Notes: generated by a model from the sequence alone, not told the origin. Shown: positions 10,100-19,591, numbered from the stretch's first letter. The stretch: 54,283 bases of DNA from an uncultured Candidatus Saccharibacteria bacterium (GCA_964586365.1 CAZPGI010000001.1:1-54283); one strand, 5' to 3'. Made by a program: numbers and translations.

Positions 10100-10127
10100 A
10101 AAGAAAAGCGCTACCCGCAGATAGCGC
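10097..10127 (-). terminator. Reverse-strand intrinsic terminator of the candidate ncRNA
   Basis: gcgcta/tagcgc hairpin (10108-10113 / 10122-10127). It is followed on the minus strand by ttttcttttt (10107-10097). Confidence 0.45.
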
Positions 10128-10265
10128 AAAAATAATTCCTGAACTGGGGGCATACTTTAGCATTCGGGCTGAAAGTCAAGAATTTTCCTGAGGAATAGCC
10201 CAGTAAAAACCAAACTATCCATTAACTGCAGAAAATTCCCACCCCCAGTTCAAGAATCATTTTCT
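10128..10265 (-). ncRNA. Candidate structured small RNA, family not recognised
   Basis: A 23-position closing helix pairs 10128-10150 with 10242-10264. It has 20 Watson-Crick pairs, and 3 C.A mismatches that become G.U only on the minus strand. Inner helices: 10155-10175; 10180-10187 with 10231-10238; 10192-10198 with 10215-10220. It is bracketed by a minus-strand promoter and terminator. Confidence 0.45.
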
Positions 10266-10271
10266 ATTGCA

Positions 10272-10300
10272 ACAATAACACACTTTTAAAAACTTGTCAA
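10272..10300 (-). promoter_or_regulatory. Sigma70-like promoter for the candidate ncRNA
   Basis: The minus strand reads TTGACA (10300-10295), a 17-nt spacer, then TATTGT (10277-10272). The predicted start is near 10265, where the closing helix begins. Confidence 0.4.
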
Positions 10301-11292
10301 GAGGCATGGACAATGAAGAAATAATTGAATCTACTTTAAGACCCAAAAACTGGGCTGACTATATCGGCCAAGAAAGGATAAAAAAGCATTTAGAGGTAAT
10401 GATTAGAGCGGCCAGAGAAAGAAGAGAAGCGCCTGACCATATCCTTTTTTACGGACCAGCTGGTTTAGGCAAAACAACTCTCGCCTATCTCGTAGCTCAA
10501 GAGGCTGAAGCCAACATTCGCGTCACTTCTGGACCAATAATTGAAAAATCAGGAGACCTTGTCGCTATTTTAACCAATCTTAACGAAGGCGATTTTCTTT
10601 TTATTGACGAATGCCACCGCATTAATCGCTTTGTAGAAGAGTATCTTTATTCTGCCATGGAAGAATTTAAACTCAACCTTATTCTTGGCCGAGGACCAAT
10701 GGCTAAAAGCATTGATTTAAAACTTCCTCATTTTACCTTAATTGGAGCAACAACTAGAGTTGACCTTCTTTCTGCTCCTCTAAGGAGCAGGTTTGGAGCT
10801 GTTCTTCAATTAAACTTTTACAGCCAAGAAGAAATTGAAGAAATAATTAAAGGTTCAGCTAAGACTCTTAATGCGAAAATAGACGATGAAGCAGTTAAAG
10901 AGATTGCCCGTCGCTCTAGATTTACCCCCCGCACAGCCAATAAATTATTAAAAAGAGTAAGAGATTTTGCCCAAGTAGAAGGCAAGAAAATTATTGATAA
11001 AGAACTGACTAATAAAGCTCTAGACTTTCTGGAAATTGACGAGCTAGGATTAGAACCAGGAGATAAAAGAATCCTGGAGACGATTATTAAAAAGTTTGAA
11101 GGCGGACCGGTTGGCTTGCAAGCCCTGGCTGCCTCAATTTCTGAAGAAAAGAATACTATTTTAGAAATTTATGAGCCGTATTTAATCCAACTAGGATTGA
11201 TTAAAAGAACTTCTAAGGGAAGAATTGCTACAGAGTTAGCTTACAAGCATTTAGGAATAAAATGCAAAAACAAGCAAACAAACTTATTCTAA
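10294..11292 (+). CDS. ruvB: Holliday junction DNA helicase RuvB
   Basis: LRPKNWADYIGQE, Walker A GPAGLGKTTLA, Walker B FIDECHR, sensor RFG. The start may be the ATG at 10306 rather than the TTG at 10294. Confidence 0.9.
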   Translation: MSRGMDNEEIIESTLRPKNWADYIGQERIKKHLEVMIRAARERREAPDHILFYGPAGLGKTTLAYLVAQEAEANIRVTSGPIIEKSGDLVAILTNLNEGDFLFIDECHRINRFVEEYLYSAMEEFKLNLILGRGPMAKSIDLKLPHFTLIGATTRVDLLSAPLRSRFGAVLQLNFYSQEEIEEIIKGSAKTLNAKIDDEAVKEIARRSRFTPRTANKLLKRVRDFAQVEGKKIIDKELTNKALDFLEIDELGLEPGDKRILETIIKKFEGGPVGLQALAASISEEKNTILEIYEPYLIQLGLIKRTSKGRIATELAYKHLGIKCKNKQTNLF

Positions 11293-11876
11293 TTGCTTTA
11301 CTGATTTTCCAGCCAGCTCAAGCTGTTTTGATTAATGAAATCTGCTGGACAGGAGACCAAGAATCAAGCAGTAATGAATGGATTGAATTATACAATCCAG
11401 CCAATCAAAATGTTTCTCTTGATGGCTGGAAAATTATTATCTCTGAGAAAAAGATAATCAATCTTAAAGGTTCAATTCCAGCTAATGGTTTTTATCTTTT
11501 AGGGAGGAATAAAAATCAAACAGGGCTAGATTTGCTTCATACTAAAGCTTTAAACAATAAAGGAGAAAATATTAACCTCGCTGACCAAAATAATTATATT
11601 GTTGATTCTGTAGATTGTTCAGAAGGTTGGAGTTATGGTGATAACGACACAAAGAAAACAATGGAAAGGTCTCTTGATTTGAAAACCTGGCAAACTAGTC
11701 TAAACCCAGGAGGAACGCCAAAACAAAGCAACAGTTTAATAGAAAAATCAGTTAAACCAACTGTTGAAGCTAAGCAAATTAATAAGAAGAACAGCTTTAC
11801 TCCTTGGCTTGCTCTTTTCCTTTCTCTTTTTTCTGGCGGGGTTGTTATTTTTACTAAAAAACAGCTTAAATCTTAA
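11262..11876 (+). CDS. Lamin-tail-domain (LTD) protein with signal peptide and C-terminal TM anchor
   Basis: VLINEICWTGD...NEWIELYNPANQNVSLDGWKI is the LTD signature. C-terminal hydrophobic WLALFLSLFSGGVVIF. Confidence 0.7.
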   Translation: MQKQANKLILIALLIFQPAQAVLINEICWTGDQESSSNEWIELYNPANQNVSLDGWKIIISEKKIINLKGSIPANGFYLLGRNKNQTGLDLLHTKALNNKGENINLADQNNYIVDSVDCSEGWSYGDNDTKKTMERSLDLKTWQTSLNPGGTPKQSNSLIEKSVKPTVEAKQINKKNSFTPWLALFLSLFSGGVVIFTKKQLKS

Positions 11877-11918
11877 TTCTGGTTGCAAGTTTTTCTTTTT
11901 TGCAGTATAGTTAGAGCC

Positions 11919-12641
11919 ATGAGCGGACATTCTCATTGGCACTCCATTAAGTTTAAAAAAGGAGTAGCTGATGCTAAAAAAAGTAAAGTATTCTCTAAAT
12001 TAGCTAGAGAAATATCTATCGCGGCTAGAGAAAGCGGCGCTGATTTAACTTTTAATCCTAAATTAAGAACAGTTGTTGACAAGGCCAAAGCAGTTAATAT
12101 GACCTCAGACAGCATTGACCGAGCTATTAAAAAGGGCGCTGGAGAATTGGGGGGAGCCAACTTTGAAGAATTTACTTTTGAAGCTTATGGCCCAGGCAAC
12201 ACTGCTTTAATTGTAGAAGGAATTACTGACAACAAAAACAGGTCTTTGGGGGAATTAAAAATAATCTTAAATCAGAATGGAGGGAAAATGGTAGCTGAGG
12301 GAGCAATCAAATGGATGTTTGAAAAAAAAGGAGTAATTTACATTAATAAAGAGAACCTAAAGGAAAAAGAAGAAACTGAGCTTTTAATCATTGAATCAGG
12401 AGCAGAAAACTTTGAATGGCAAGAAGATGGCTTGATTGTTTATACCAAACCAGAAGATTTAGAAAGAATAAAAAACTTTTTAAGAGACAACAATATAGAG
12501 ATTGATTCAGGCGCCCTGGAATGGGTAGCAAGGGAAACAATAGAACTAAGCGATGAATTAAAAGAAAAGAATCAAAAGCTTTTTGATGCTTTGGACGAAC
12601 ATGATGATGTCCAAAACATCTACACTAATTTCAATTTATGA
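11919..12641 (+). CDS. yebC: YebC/PmpR family DNA-binding regulator
   Basis: MSGHSHWHSIKFKKG is the canonical family N-terminus. ATG at 11919. Confidence 0.9.
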   Translation: MSGHSHWHSIKFKKGVADAKKSKVFSKLAREISIAARESGADLTFNPKLRTVVDKAKAVNMTSDSIDRAIKKGAGELGGANFEEFTFEAYGPGNTALIVEGITDNKNRSLGELKIILNQNGGKMVAEGAIKWMFEKKGVIYINKENLKEKEETELLIIESGAENFEWQEDGLIVYTKPEDLERIKNFLRDNNIEIDSGALEWVARETIELSDELKEKNQKLFDALDEHDDVQNIYTNFNL

Positions 12642-13138
12642 TAATCTTAGGCCTTGACCCTGGAACAGCTACTACTGGATTTGGTATTATCAATTCCAGT
12701 AAAAAACAATTGCTTTGCCTTGAATATGGAGCAATTGAAACTCCAGCTAAAATGGAGATGGGAGAAAGGTTGCAAATGCTGAACAAAGAGCTGAAAAGAA
12801 TTATTAAAAAACATGGGCCAGAGATTGCTGCCATTGAATCCCTTTATTTCTTCAAAAACGCCAAAACCGCTATTCCTGTCAGTCAAGCTAAAGGAGTAGC
12901 GCTTTTTACTTTTTCCTCCCAAAACGTTCCTATTAAAGAGTTTACTCCCCTACAAGCCAAGACAGCAGTCACTGGCTATGGCCGGGCAAGCAAAGAACAG
13001 GTGCAAAAAATGATAAAACAAATTCTTAAGCTTGAAAAAACTCCTAGGCCTGATGATGCTGCTGACGCTTTGGCAATTGCTGTTTGTTGCGCTCAATATC
13101 TAGGCTTTTTTGATTCGGATAAAATTTCTTTTACCTGA
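12638..13138 (+). CDS. ruvC: Crossover junction endodeoxyribonuclease RuvC
   Basis: IILGLDPGTATTGFGII, the catalytic E in AIESLYF, and DAADALAIA. Confidence 0.9.
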   Translation: MIILGLDPGTATTGFGIINSSKKQLLCLEYGAIETPAKMEMGERLQMLNKELKRIIKKHGPEIAAIESLYFFKNAKTAIPVSQAKGVALFTFSSQNVPIKEFTPLQAKTAVTGYGRASKEQVQKMIKQILKLEKTPRPDDAADALAIAVCCAQYLGFFDSDKISFT

Positions 13139-14287
13139 TTGGATAACCATTTCTTCAATAGTTATTATTTTTCTCCAGTCTTTTTCAGTTATCGTTTCTC
13201 CTCTTTTAATGATTTTTATTCCTCCTTGCTCTATTAACCTCTTAGCTTCTGCTTTTGATTTAGCAAAACTAACAGCAACTAATAAATCCAGGATATTTAT
13301 TTCCTTTTCTTTAATTTTCTTTTCCTTAATTGCTGAAGGTAATTTTTTCTTTTCAAATATCCTTTCAAACTCTTCTTCTGCCTTAACTGCTTCTTGCGGA
13401 GAATGAAAAGCAGCTACTATTTCTCGGGCTAACATTTTCTTTAATTCTTTAGGATGAATTTTTTTATTTATCTTTTTCAAAGGAAAACGAGTACAACATT
13501 CAAAGTATTCCCTAACTAATTCATCTTTTAAAGACATTATTTTGCCAAACATTTCTTTTGGCTCATCTAAAATGTTAATGACATTGCCCCAAGAGGTGGA
13601 CATTTTCCTGCCGTCTAAGCCATAAATCATTTTTAAAGCCATAATATCTTGCGGTTCTTGATTAAACATTTTTTGCATCTCCCGACCAACTTTTAAATTA
13701 AAAAGCTGGTCAAAACCACCTATCTCTAAGTCTGCTTTTATAGCTACCGAGTCATAGCCTTGAAAAATTGGATAAAGCAATTCATGTAATCCTATCTCCT
13801 TTCCTTGCTCCCATCTTTCTTTAAAATTTCTTCTTTGAATCATTTGCTGAGCAGTAAAATGCATACAGATTCCTATTAATTCTTCAATTTTCAGCTTTCC
13901 CAGCCATTCGCTGTTATACCTCACTTCAGTTTTCTTTAAGTCAAGAATTCTGCCGATTTGAGGTAAATAATCCTTCATGTTTTGTTTTATCTCTTCAGAA
14001 GTTAAGGCTTTTCTCATCGCTGTTTTATCAGAAGCATCGCCAACCATGGCTGTAAAATCACCAATAATCAAAATAATCTTATGTCCTAGCTCTTGAAAGT
14101 CTCTTAGTTTCAATAATTGGGTTGCCCGGCCTAAATGAATCTTTGGGCCAGTAGGGTCAATGCCTAATTTAATATTAAGCCTTTTGCCTGAAAGCAAAGC
14201 TTTTTCCAAATGCTTCTTATCAATAATATCTTCTGTTCCCCTGCTTAATATTTCTTTTATCTTTTTTGGGTTAGTATCAATTTTCAT
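13100..14287 (-). CDS. tyrS: Tyrosine--tRNA ligase
   Basis: Class I signatures: IHLGRA (HIGH-like) and KMSTS. C-terminal S4-like domain (SKAEAKRLIEQGGIKI). Confidence 0.8.
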   Translation of the reverse strand: MKIDTNPKKIKEILSRGTEDIIDKKHLEKALLSGKRLNIKLGIDPTGPKIHLGRATQLLKLRDFQELGHKIILIIGDFTAMVGDASDKTAMRKALTSEEIKQNMKDYLPQIGRILDLKKTEVRYNSEWLGKLKIEELIGICMHFTAQQMIQRRNFKERWEQGKEIGLHELLYPIFQGYDSVAIKADLEIGGFDQLFNLKVGREMQKMFNQEPQDIMALKMIYGLDGRKMSTSWGNVINILDEPKEMFGKIMSLKDELVREYFECCTRFPLKKINKKIHPKELKKMLAREIVAAFHSPQEAVKAEEEFERIFEKKKLPSAIKEKKIKEKEINILDLLVAVSFAKSKAEAKRLIEQGGIKIIKRGETITEKDWRKIITIEEMVIQSGKRNFIRIKKA

Positions 14288-14371
14288 ATGCTTTTATTGT
14301 ATAATTTAAACCTTGCTTGGTCAAGCAACAATCAATCTTGAAAAAACCTTTAAAAATGATAGCATTGAAGC

Positions 14372-16249
14372 ATGAAAGAAAAGAAATGGAAACCGATAAG
14401 AATCATTTTTGCGGCAATTGGCTTTTGTCTGCTTTTTTGTTTGGCTGTTTTCCTTTATTTCGTCAAAGACCTTCCTCGGCCAGAAGTATTTACTGAAAGC
14501 GAAATAAATCAATCAACTAAGATTTATGACAGAAAAGGAGAAATAGTTTTATCCAATGTTTACGGAGAAGAGAAAAGAACTTATGTGCCATTATCTGATA
14601 TTCCTGATTCTTTGAAAAATGCTGTTATCGCCACTGAAGATAGCAATTTCTATCAACATCACGGAATAGATTTTAAAGGTATTTTAAGGTCAATTAAAAA
14701 TAATTTTGCTTCCAAAAGCTTAAATCAAGGTGGCTCAACTATTACTCAACAGCTTATCCGCTCTACTTTTCTTACTTTAGACAAGTCAATTGAAAGAAAG
14801 GTCAAAGAGATTGTTCTTTCTCTTGAGCTAGACAGACGTTACTCCAAAGACCAGATTTTAGAATGGTATCTTAATCAAGTTCCTTTTGGAGTAAATATTT
14901 ATGGCGCTCAAGAAGCTTCTTTAACTTATTTCCAAAAGCCGATCAAAGACATTGATTTGGCTGAAGCTGCTCTTCTTGCCGCCGTTATTCAATCTCCCAG
15001 CTATTATTCCCCTTATGGAAAGCATCTTGATGAATTATTAGAAAGAAAGAATAATGTTGTTTTGGAAAGAATGGAAAAAGAAGGATATATTAATAAAGAA
15101 GAGAAAGAAGCAGCTCAAAAAGAAGAGCTTACTTTTAATAAACTGCCTAAAACTCAAGCTGTGCACTTTGTTGAGTTTGTAAAACAACAACTAGAAGAAA
15201 CTTATGGTTCTGATTTTTTAGAGATTAAAGGATTAAAAATATATACTACGCTGGACTGGGAGCTCCAACAATTCGCTGAAACAACCTTAAAAGAACAGGT
15301 AGAGAAAAATAGAATAAACTACAATGCCTATAACTCAGCTTTAGTAGCCATTGACCCGCAAACAGGAGAAATACTGGCCATGGTTGGTTCAGCTGATCCT
15401 TGGGGAGAGCCTCTGCCTAAAGGATGCGACCCAGCCACTAGTTGCAAGTTTGTCCCCAGTTTTAATGTTGCCACTCAGGGCAAAAGAATGCCTGGCTCTT
15501 CTTTCAAGCCTTTTGTTTACGCTGAAGCTTTTAGAAAAGGATATAATGATTTAACTATAGTAGTTGACGAACCAACTAATTTCGGCACTCCTTCTAATCC
15601 ATATATTCCTCATAATTATGATTATTTATTCCGTGGCCCAGTAACTTTAAGAAGCGCCTTGGCTCAATCTTTAAACATACCAGCAGTTAAGGTTTTAAGG
15701 GATTTAGCTGGTCTGGAAGATAGCATTGCTCTAGCTAAAAAAATGGGCATTACTACTTTAGATAAAGACATAAGCCACTATGGTCTTTCCTTGGTTTTAG
15801 GAGGAGGAGAAGTAAAATTAATAGACATGGTCTCTGCTTACAGCGTTTTTGCCAACAATGGCTACAGAATAGAACCTTCCCCTATTCTTAGAATTGAAGA
15901 CAGTCAAGGAAATATAGTCTATGAAAACAAAAAAACACCTAGAAAAGTGTTAGAAACTAGCGTCTGTAATTTAATAACAGACATACTTTCAGACAACGCT
16001 GCTCGAGCCCCTATCTTTGGTTGGAACTCAAACTTAAGATTTGATAACCCTAAAGTAGCAGTTAAAACAGGAACTACTAATGACAATGTTGATGGTTGGA
16101 CAATCGGCTACACTCCTTATGTTTGTGTTGGTGTCTGGAGCGGCAATAATGATAACACTCCTATGGTTGGCGCCGTAGGAGAATCTTCAGCTGGCCCTAT
16201 TTGGAGAAAAGTAATGGAAAAAGCTATTGAGCTCTATTCTAGATCTTAA
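14372..16249 (+). CDS. Class A penicillin-binding protein (glycosyltransferase + transpeptidase)
   Basis: GT51 motifs ATEDSNFYQHHGID and GGSTITQQL. Transpeptidase motifs SSFKP (SxxK) and KTGTT. N-terminal TM anchor. Confidence 0.85.
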   Translation: MKEKKWKPIRIIFAAIGFCLLFCLAVFLYFVKDLPRPEVFTESEINQSTKIYDRKGEIVLSNVYGEEKRTYVPLSDIPDSLKNAVIATEDSNFYQHHGIDFKGILRSIKNNFASKSLNQGGSTITQQLIRSTFLTLDKSIERKVKEIVLSLELDRRYSKDQILEWYLNQVPFGVNIYGAQEASLTYFQKPIKDIDLAEAALLAAVIQSPSYYSPYGKHLDELLERKNNVVLERMEKEGYINKEEKEAAQKEELTFNKLPKTQAVHFVEFVKQQLEETYGSDFLEIKGLKIYTTLDWELQQFAETTLKEQVEKNRINYNAYNSALVAIDPQTGEILAMVGSADPWGEPLPKGCDPATSCKFVPSFNVATQGKRMPGSSFKPFVYAEAFRKGYNDLTIVVDEPTNFGTPSNPYIPHNYDYLFRGPVTLRSALAQSLNIPAVKVLRDLAGLEDSIALAKKMGITTLDKDISHYGLSLVLGGGEVKLIDMVSAYSVFANNGYRIEPSPILRIEDSQGNIVYENKKTPRKVLETSVCNLITDILSDNAARAPIFGWNSNLRFDNPKVAVKTGTTNDNVDGWTIGYTPYVCVGVWSGNNDNTPMVGAVGESSAGPIWRKVMEKAIELYSRS

Positions 16250-17375
16250 TTGGCATTACTACATAAAGGTAACTAGAATCTCCTACTGGCCTAATAACTG
16301 CTGGGCCATCATCTCCTTGAAACTCAAAAGATATTTCTGAGCTTTTTATATTCGCCAAACCATCAGCCAAAAACTTCCAATTAAATGATACTTTTAAAGA
16401 ATTACCTTCTATTTTAGCTGGAATGGTTAAATTGGCTTCACCAATATCTGCATCTTGACTGAAAATCTCTATTTCTTTTTCTTGGGCCGCTATCTTCAAA
16501 ATAACTTCATTGGTTCTGCCTCCAAAAATACCAGCTGTTTTAATTTGTTTTAAAAACTCATCTTTATTAAGAATAATTTTTGTTTTTCCTTCTTTAGGAA
16601 TTATTTCTTGGTAAGAAGGATACTCTCCTTCTATTTGCCTAGAAATTAAGTTTATTTCTGGATGGTCTACGGTTGATAAAAAGGTTTCAAATAAAACCTG
16701 GGATTCGGATAAATATATTCTTAAAACTTTTTCTTCTTCGTCGTTAATTATATTAATCAACTCCTTGGCTGCTCTTTGAGGAAGAATAAAATTCACTTCT
16801 CCTTTAAATATATTTTTATACCCTTGCTTCAGAGTAATTGTTTTTTCCGCTAATCTAAAGCTATCGGTAGCAACCAGCTTTATTGTTTCTTTACCAAAAG
16901 AAAAGTAAATTCCTGTTATTTCTGGTTTTATTTGAGAAGAACTTACCATATCCACCACGCTTATTATCCCTTCTTTCATTTTCTTTAACTCTACTTCAAT
17001 AAAAACATCTTTAGAAAAAGTAGGAATAATAGGAAACTCGTCAGAATTAAACCCTTTAATTTGGGTTTTATAGTTTTTTGCTTCAATTATTAAAGTATTA
17101 CTCTTTTCTTTGATGTTGATTTTTTCTTCAGTTAAAGAACTGGCTATTTGACTTAAAAGCTTGGCAGGAACAACAATTTTTCCTTCTTTCTCTGTTTTAC
17201 ACATTCCCCACCACTGAATACCTAACTCTAAATCAGTAGCTGATATTTTTAAAAAATTAGGTAAAGCTTCAATTAAAACATTTTCCAATACTGGCAGGGT
17301 CAGATTTTTGCCAGTTACTCTTTCGGCAATACTTATTCCTTTTTTTAATTCTTTAGTTAAAATTGTGAAGTTCAT
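16239..17375 (-). CDS. dnaN: DNA polymerase III beta sliding clamp
   Basis: 378 aa with a three-domain clamp pattern, a YLYVVMPI C-terminus, and a position directly downstream of dnaA. Confidence 0.9.
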   Translation of the reverse strand: MNFTILTKELKKGISIAERVTGKNLTLPVLENVLIEALPNFLKISATDLELGIQWWGMCKTEKEGKIVVPAKLLSQIASSLTEEKINIKEKSNTLIIEAKNYKTQIKGFNSDEFPIIPTFSKDVFIEVELKKMKEGIISVVDMVSSSQIKPEITGIYFSFGKETIKLVATDSFRLAEKTITLKQGYKNIFKGEVNFILPQRAAKELINIINDEEEKVLRIYLSESQVLFETFLSTVDHPEINLISRQIEGEYPSYQEIIPKEGKTKIILNKDEFLKQIKTAGIFGGRTNEVILKIAAQEKEIEIFSQDADIGEANLTIPAKIEGNSLKVSFNWKFLADGLANIKSSEISFEFQGDDGPAVIRPVGDSSYLYVVMPIKI

Positions 17376-17430
17376 ATTATTATTAATTAAATTATTTTTA
17401 TCTCTTTATTATTATATATTATTGCTTTTT

Positions 17431-17439
17431 GGTGGATAA
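17431..17439. promoter_or_regulatory. DnaA-box-like 9-mer in the AT-rich dnaA-dnaN spacer
   Basis: ggtggataa is the reverse complement of TTATCCACC, one mismatch from TTATCCACA. The surrounding 17376-17563 is very AT-rich. Confidence 0.4.
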
Positions 17440-17563
17440 ATCAAATATTTTTAATGTTTTCAATAAATTTCATTGTTATTTCATCTGGAATATCTGGGGA
17501 AAAACAGAGATTATTTTTCAAATGATATTTTTCAATTTTTTCTTTCCCCTATTTATTAACACT

Positions 17564-18928
17564 TTAACTGCTATAAACTCTTTGTAAAATTAACTCTATT
17601 TCTTGGTGTATTTTTTCATCTTCTTCAGCTGTTTTTTCAATCAATTGGCAAGCATGAATTACAGTGGTGTGGTCTTTTCCTCCAAATTTCCTCCCTATTT
17701 CAGAATAAGAAAGCTTTAACTCTTTTTTTAAAAGAAACATTGCCACTTGTCTTGGTTTGGAAAACTCTTTTTTTCTTGAAGTAAAAAACATTGTTCCGTT
17801 AGGAATGTCATAAAACTCAGTTACTGCTTGGATTATTTTCTTGGGATTAGTAATTTTTGACGGAGAAACAATAATGGTTTTTAAAAGCTTTTTCGTGTCT
17901 TCCAGGGTCGGATTTTTATTATTTGCTTTTTTGAAAATTATTAAGCGATTAAGAGCGCTTTCTAATTCTCTAATATTTCTTTGGATATTATTGGCAATGA
18001 ATTCTATAATTTCTTTCGGTAAATCAACCCCTTTTTCTTCTCCTTTCTGCTTTAAAATAGCTACTCTAGTTTCAAAATCAGGTGAAGAGATATCAGCGAT
18101 CATTCCTCCCTTGAATCTAGACTTTAATCTTTCAGTAATGGCAGGAATCGCATTGGGGTGCCTATCTGAAGACAAAATTATCTGTTTGTTTTTTTGATAC
18201 AAAGAATTGAAGGTGTGAAAGAATTCTTCCTGCGTTTTGTCTTTACCGGCAATAAATTGGATATCGTCAACAATTAAAACATCAAGCTCTCTTAATGTTT
18301 TTTTTAATTCTTCAACGCTATTTTTTTTAATGGAATTAACAATAATGGAAATAAGTTTTTCTGCGGGAAGATATTTTACCTTTTTTTCTGGAGAGTCTTC
18401 TTTTATTTTATTGCCGATAGCTTGGACAAGGTGGGTTTTCCCCAAGCCAACTCCTCCGTAAACAAACAAAGGATTGTAATTTTTACCCGGCTCTTCTACT
18501 ACTGCCATAGCGGCGGCAAAGGCTAATTCATTAAAAGGCCCAACAATAAAATTATCAAATATATAACGAGGATTAAGATTGGTTTCTTTATTGATCTCTA
18601 GCTCCTTGAAGCCCAACTGTTCGGTTGAAGTTTCTTCTTTGCTGTTTTTGAAACCTTTTTTTCCAAGCGGGCTTTTTGTTTTTTTGGGGTCAACAACAAA
18701 AGAAACATTTTTGATGTTTTCATCAAGAGATTGTAATATTTTTAAAATATCTTTTCCGTATTTTTGTTCTAGCCATTCTTTAGAAAAGGAATTAGGGGTA
18801 GAGACAGAAATAACGTCGTTTTCAAAAGATAAAATTTTAGTATTAGCAAACCAAGTAGCAAAATTGGCTGGAGAGATGTCCAGTTGTATTTGAGCTAACA
18901 CAGATTGCCAAAGTTTTTCTAAATCCAT
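17564..18928 (-). CDS. dnaA: Chromosomal replication initiator DnaA
   Basis: Walker A GGVGLGKTHL, Walker B VDDIQF, DNA-binding C-terminus GGKDHTTVIHA. Start set at the ATG at 18928 (MDLEKLW); the ORF extends to 19003. Confidence 0.9.
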   Translation of the reverse strand: MDLEKLWQSVLAQIQLDISPANFATWFANTKILSFENDVISVSTPNSFSKEWLEQKYGKDILKILQSLDENIKNVSFVVDPKKTKSPLGKKGFKNSKEETSTEQLGFKELEINKETNLNPRYIFDNFIVGPFNELAFAAAMAVVEEPGKNYNPLFVYGGVGLGKTHLVQAIGNKIKEDSPEKKVKYLPAEKLISIIVNSIKKNSVEELKKTLRELDVLIVDDIQFIAGKDKTQEEFFHTFNSLYQKNKQIILSSDRHPNAIPAITERLKSRFKGGMIADISSPDFETRVAILKQKGEEKGVDLPKEIIEFIANNIQRNIRELESALNRLIIFKKANNKNPTLEDTKKLLKTIIVSPSKITNPKKIIQAVTEFYDIPNGTMFFTSRKKEFSKPRQVAMFLLKKELKLSYSEIGRKFGGKDHTTVIHACQLIEKTAEEDEKIHQEIELILQRVYSS

Positions 18929-19015
18929 AATTCTTGCCTCTATTATATTAAATAAAGTCAAGAAAGGCAAAAAGCCTTGAAAAATCAAGGGCTTTAAAGG
19001 CAAGGTGAAAAAGGG

Positions 19016-19024
19016 GTGGATAAA
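19016..19024. promoter_or_regulatory. DnaA-box-like 9-mer in the dnaA-rpmH spacer
   Basis: The identical 9-mer ggtggataa as at 17431, with a degenerate copy (aaggtggaa) about 15 nt downstream. Confidence 0.4.
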
Positions 19025-19110
19025 ATGTTAATAAGGTGGAAGAATTTTTTTCATTGACCGACTAGCGTTTTTCTGTTATATTTAAAACATTAAATTAAAA
19101 GCCAAAAATT

Positions 19111-19248
19111 ATGAGAATTACAACTTATAGGCCAAAAAAGAAAAAAAGGAAAACAACCCATGGTTTTATTAAACGCTCTAAAACTGCAAGCGGAAGAAAG
19201 ATTTTGAAGAGAAGAAGAGCTAAAAAAAGAGCAAAGCTTACGGTTTAG
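19111..19248 (+). CDS. rpmH: 50S ribosomal protein L34 (missed by the ORF track, 45 aa)
   Basis: Hand translation gives [45 protein letters not shown]. This matches the L34 pattern (..HGF..R......GRK.L.RRR.KGR..L) and sits upstream of rnpA. Confidence 0.9.
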   Translation: MRITTYRPKKKKRKTTHGFIKRSKTASGRKILKRRRAKKRAKLTV

Positions 19249-19252
19249 CATA

Positions 19253-19591
19253 ATGCTGCCCTTAAAGAATAGATTAAAGAAAAAGAAAGATTTTGAAAAA
19301 GTTTTAAAGCAAGGAGAAAATATCAGGGGGTCGGTTATGTATTTCAAAGTCTTAAAAACCAAAGAGCCGGAGCCCAGAATAGGTTTTATTGTAAGCAAAA
19401 AAGTTTCTCCTAAAGCAGTGGAAAGAAACAAGGCAAGAAGGCGTATGAAAGAAGCGGTAAGAAGTTCTTTGGACTCGCTTAAAAAAGGAACAGATATAGT
19501 TATTATTGCTTTGCCAAAAATAAAAGAAAAAAGCTTTGAAGAGATAAAAGAAGAGATACAGAAAACTTTTAAAAAGATAAACAATGTTTGA
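19253..19591 (+). CDS. rnpA: RNase P protein component
   Basis: Basic 112-aa protein (LKNRLKKKKDF..., NKARRRMKEA) in the conserved rpmH-rnpA-yidC order. Confidence 0.85.
   Translation: MLPLKNRLKKKKDFEKVLKQGENIRGSVMYFKVLKTKEPEPRIGFIVSKKVSPKAVERNKARRRMKEAVRSSLDSLKKGTDIVIIALPKIKEKSFEEIKEEIQKTFKKINNV

Noticed and set aside
10128-10265. Identification of the structured element as SRP (4.5S) RNA or 5S rRNA. This was prompted by the GGGGG...CCCCC closing helix, the ~120-140 nt size, and a CCUGAGGAAUAGCC tract vaguely like the SRP helix-8 CCGGAAGGAAGCAGCC.
   Set aside because: Pairing around the putative apical loop is strongly asymmetric, with a 14-nt one-sided bulge. The GNRA tetraloop and AGCA motif are absent. 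The 5S loop C/E signatures (CCGAAC, GAGAGUAGG) are also absent. It is kept only as an unclassified ncRNA candidate, and a MITE-like inverted-repeat element remains an alternative.
13100-13138. Convergent gene overlaps: ruvC/tyrS 39 nt, the pilin fusion/rsmA 34 nt at 34406-34439, the PBP/dnaN 11 nt at 16239-16249, and jag/virB4 4 nt.
   Set aside because: These fit a generally compacted genome in which 3' ends drift into neighbours. No conserved motif or frameshift signal was seen in the overlaps.
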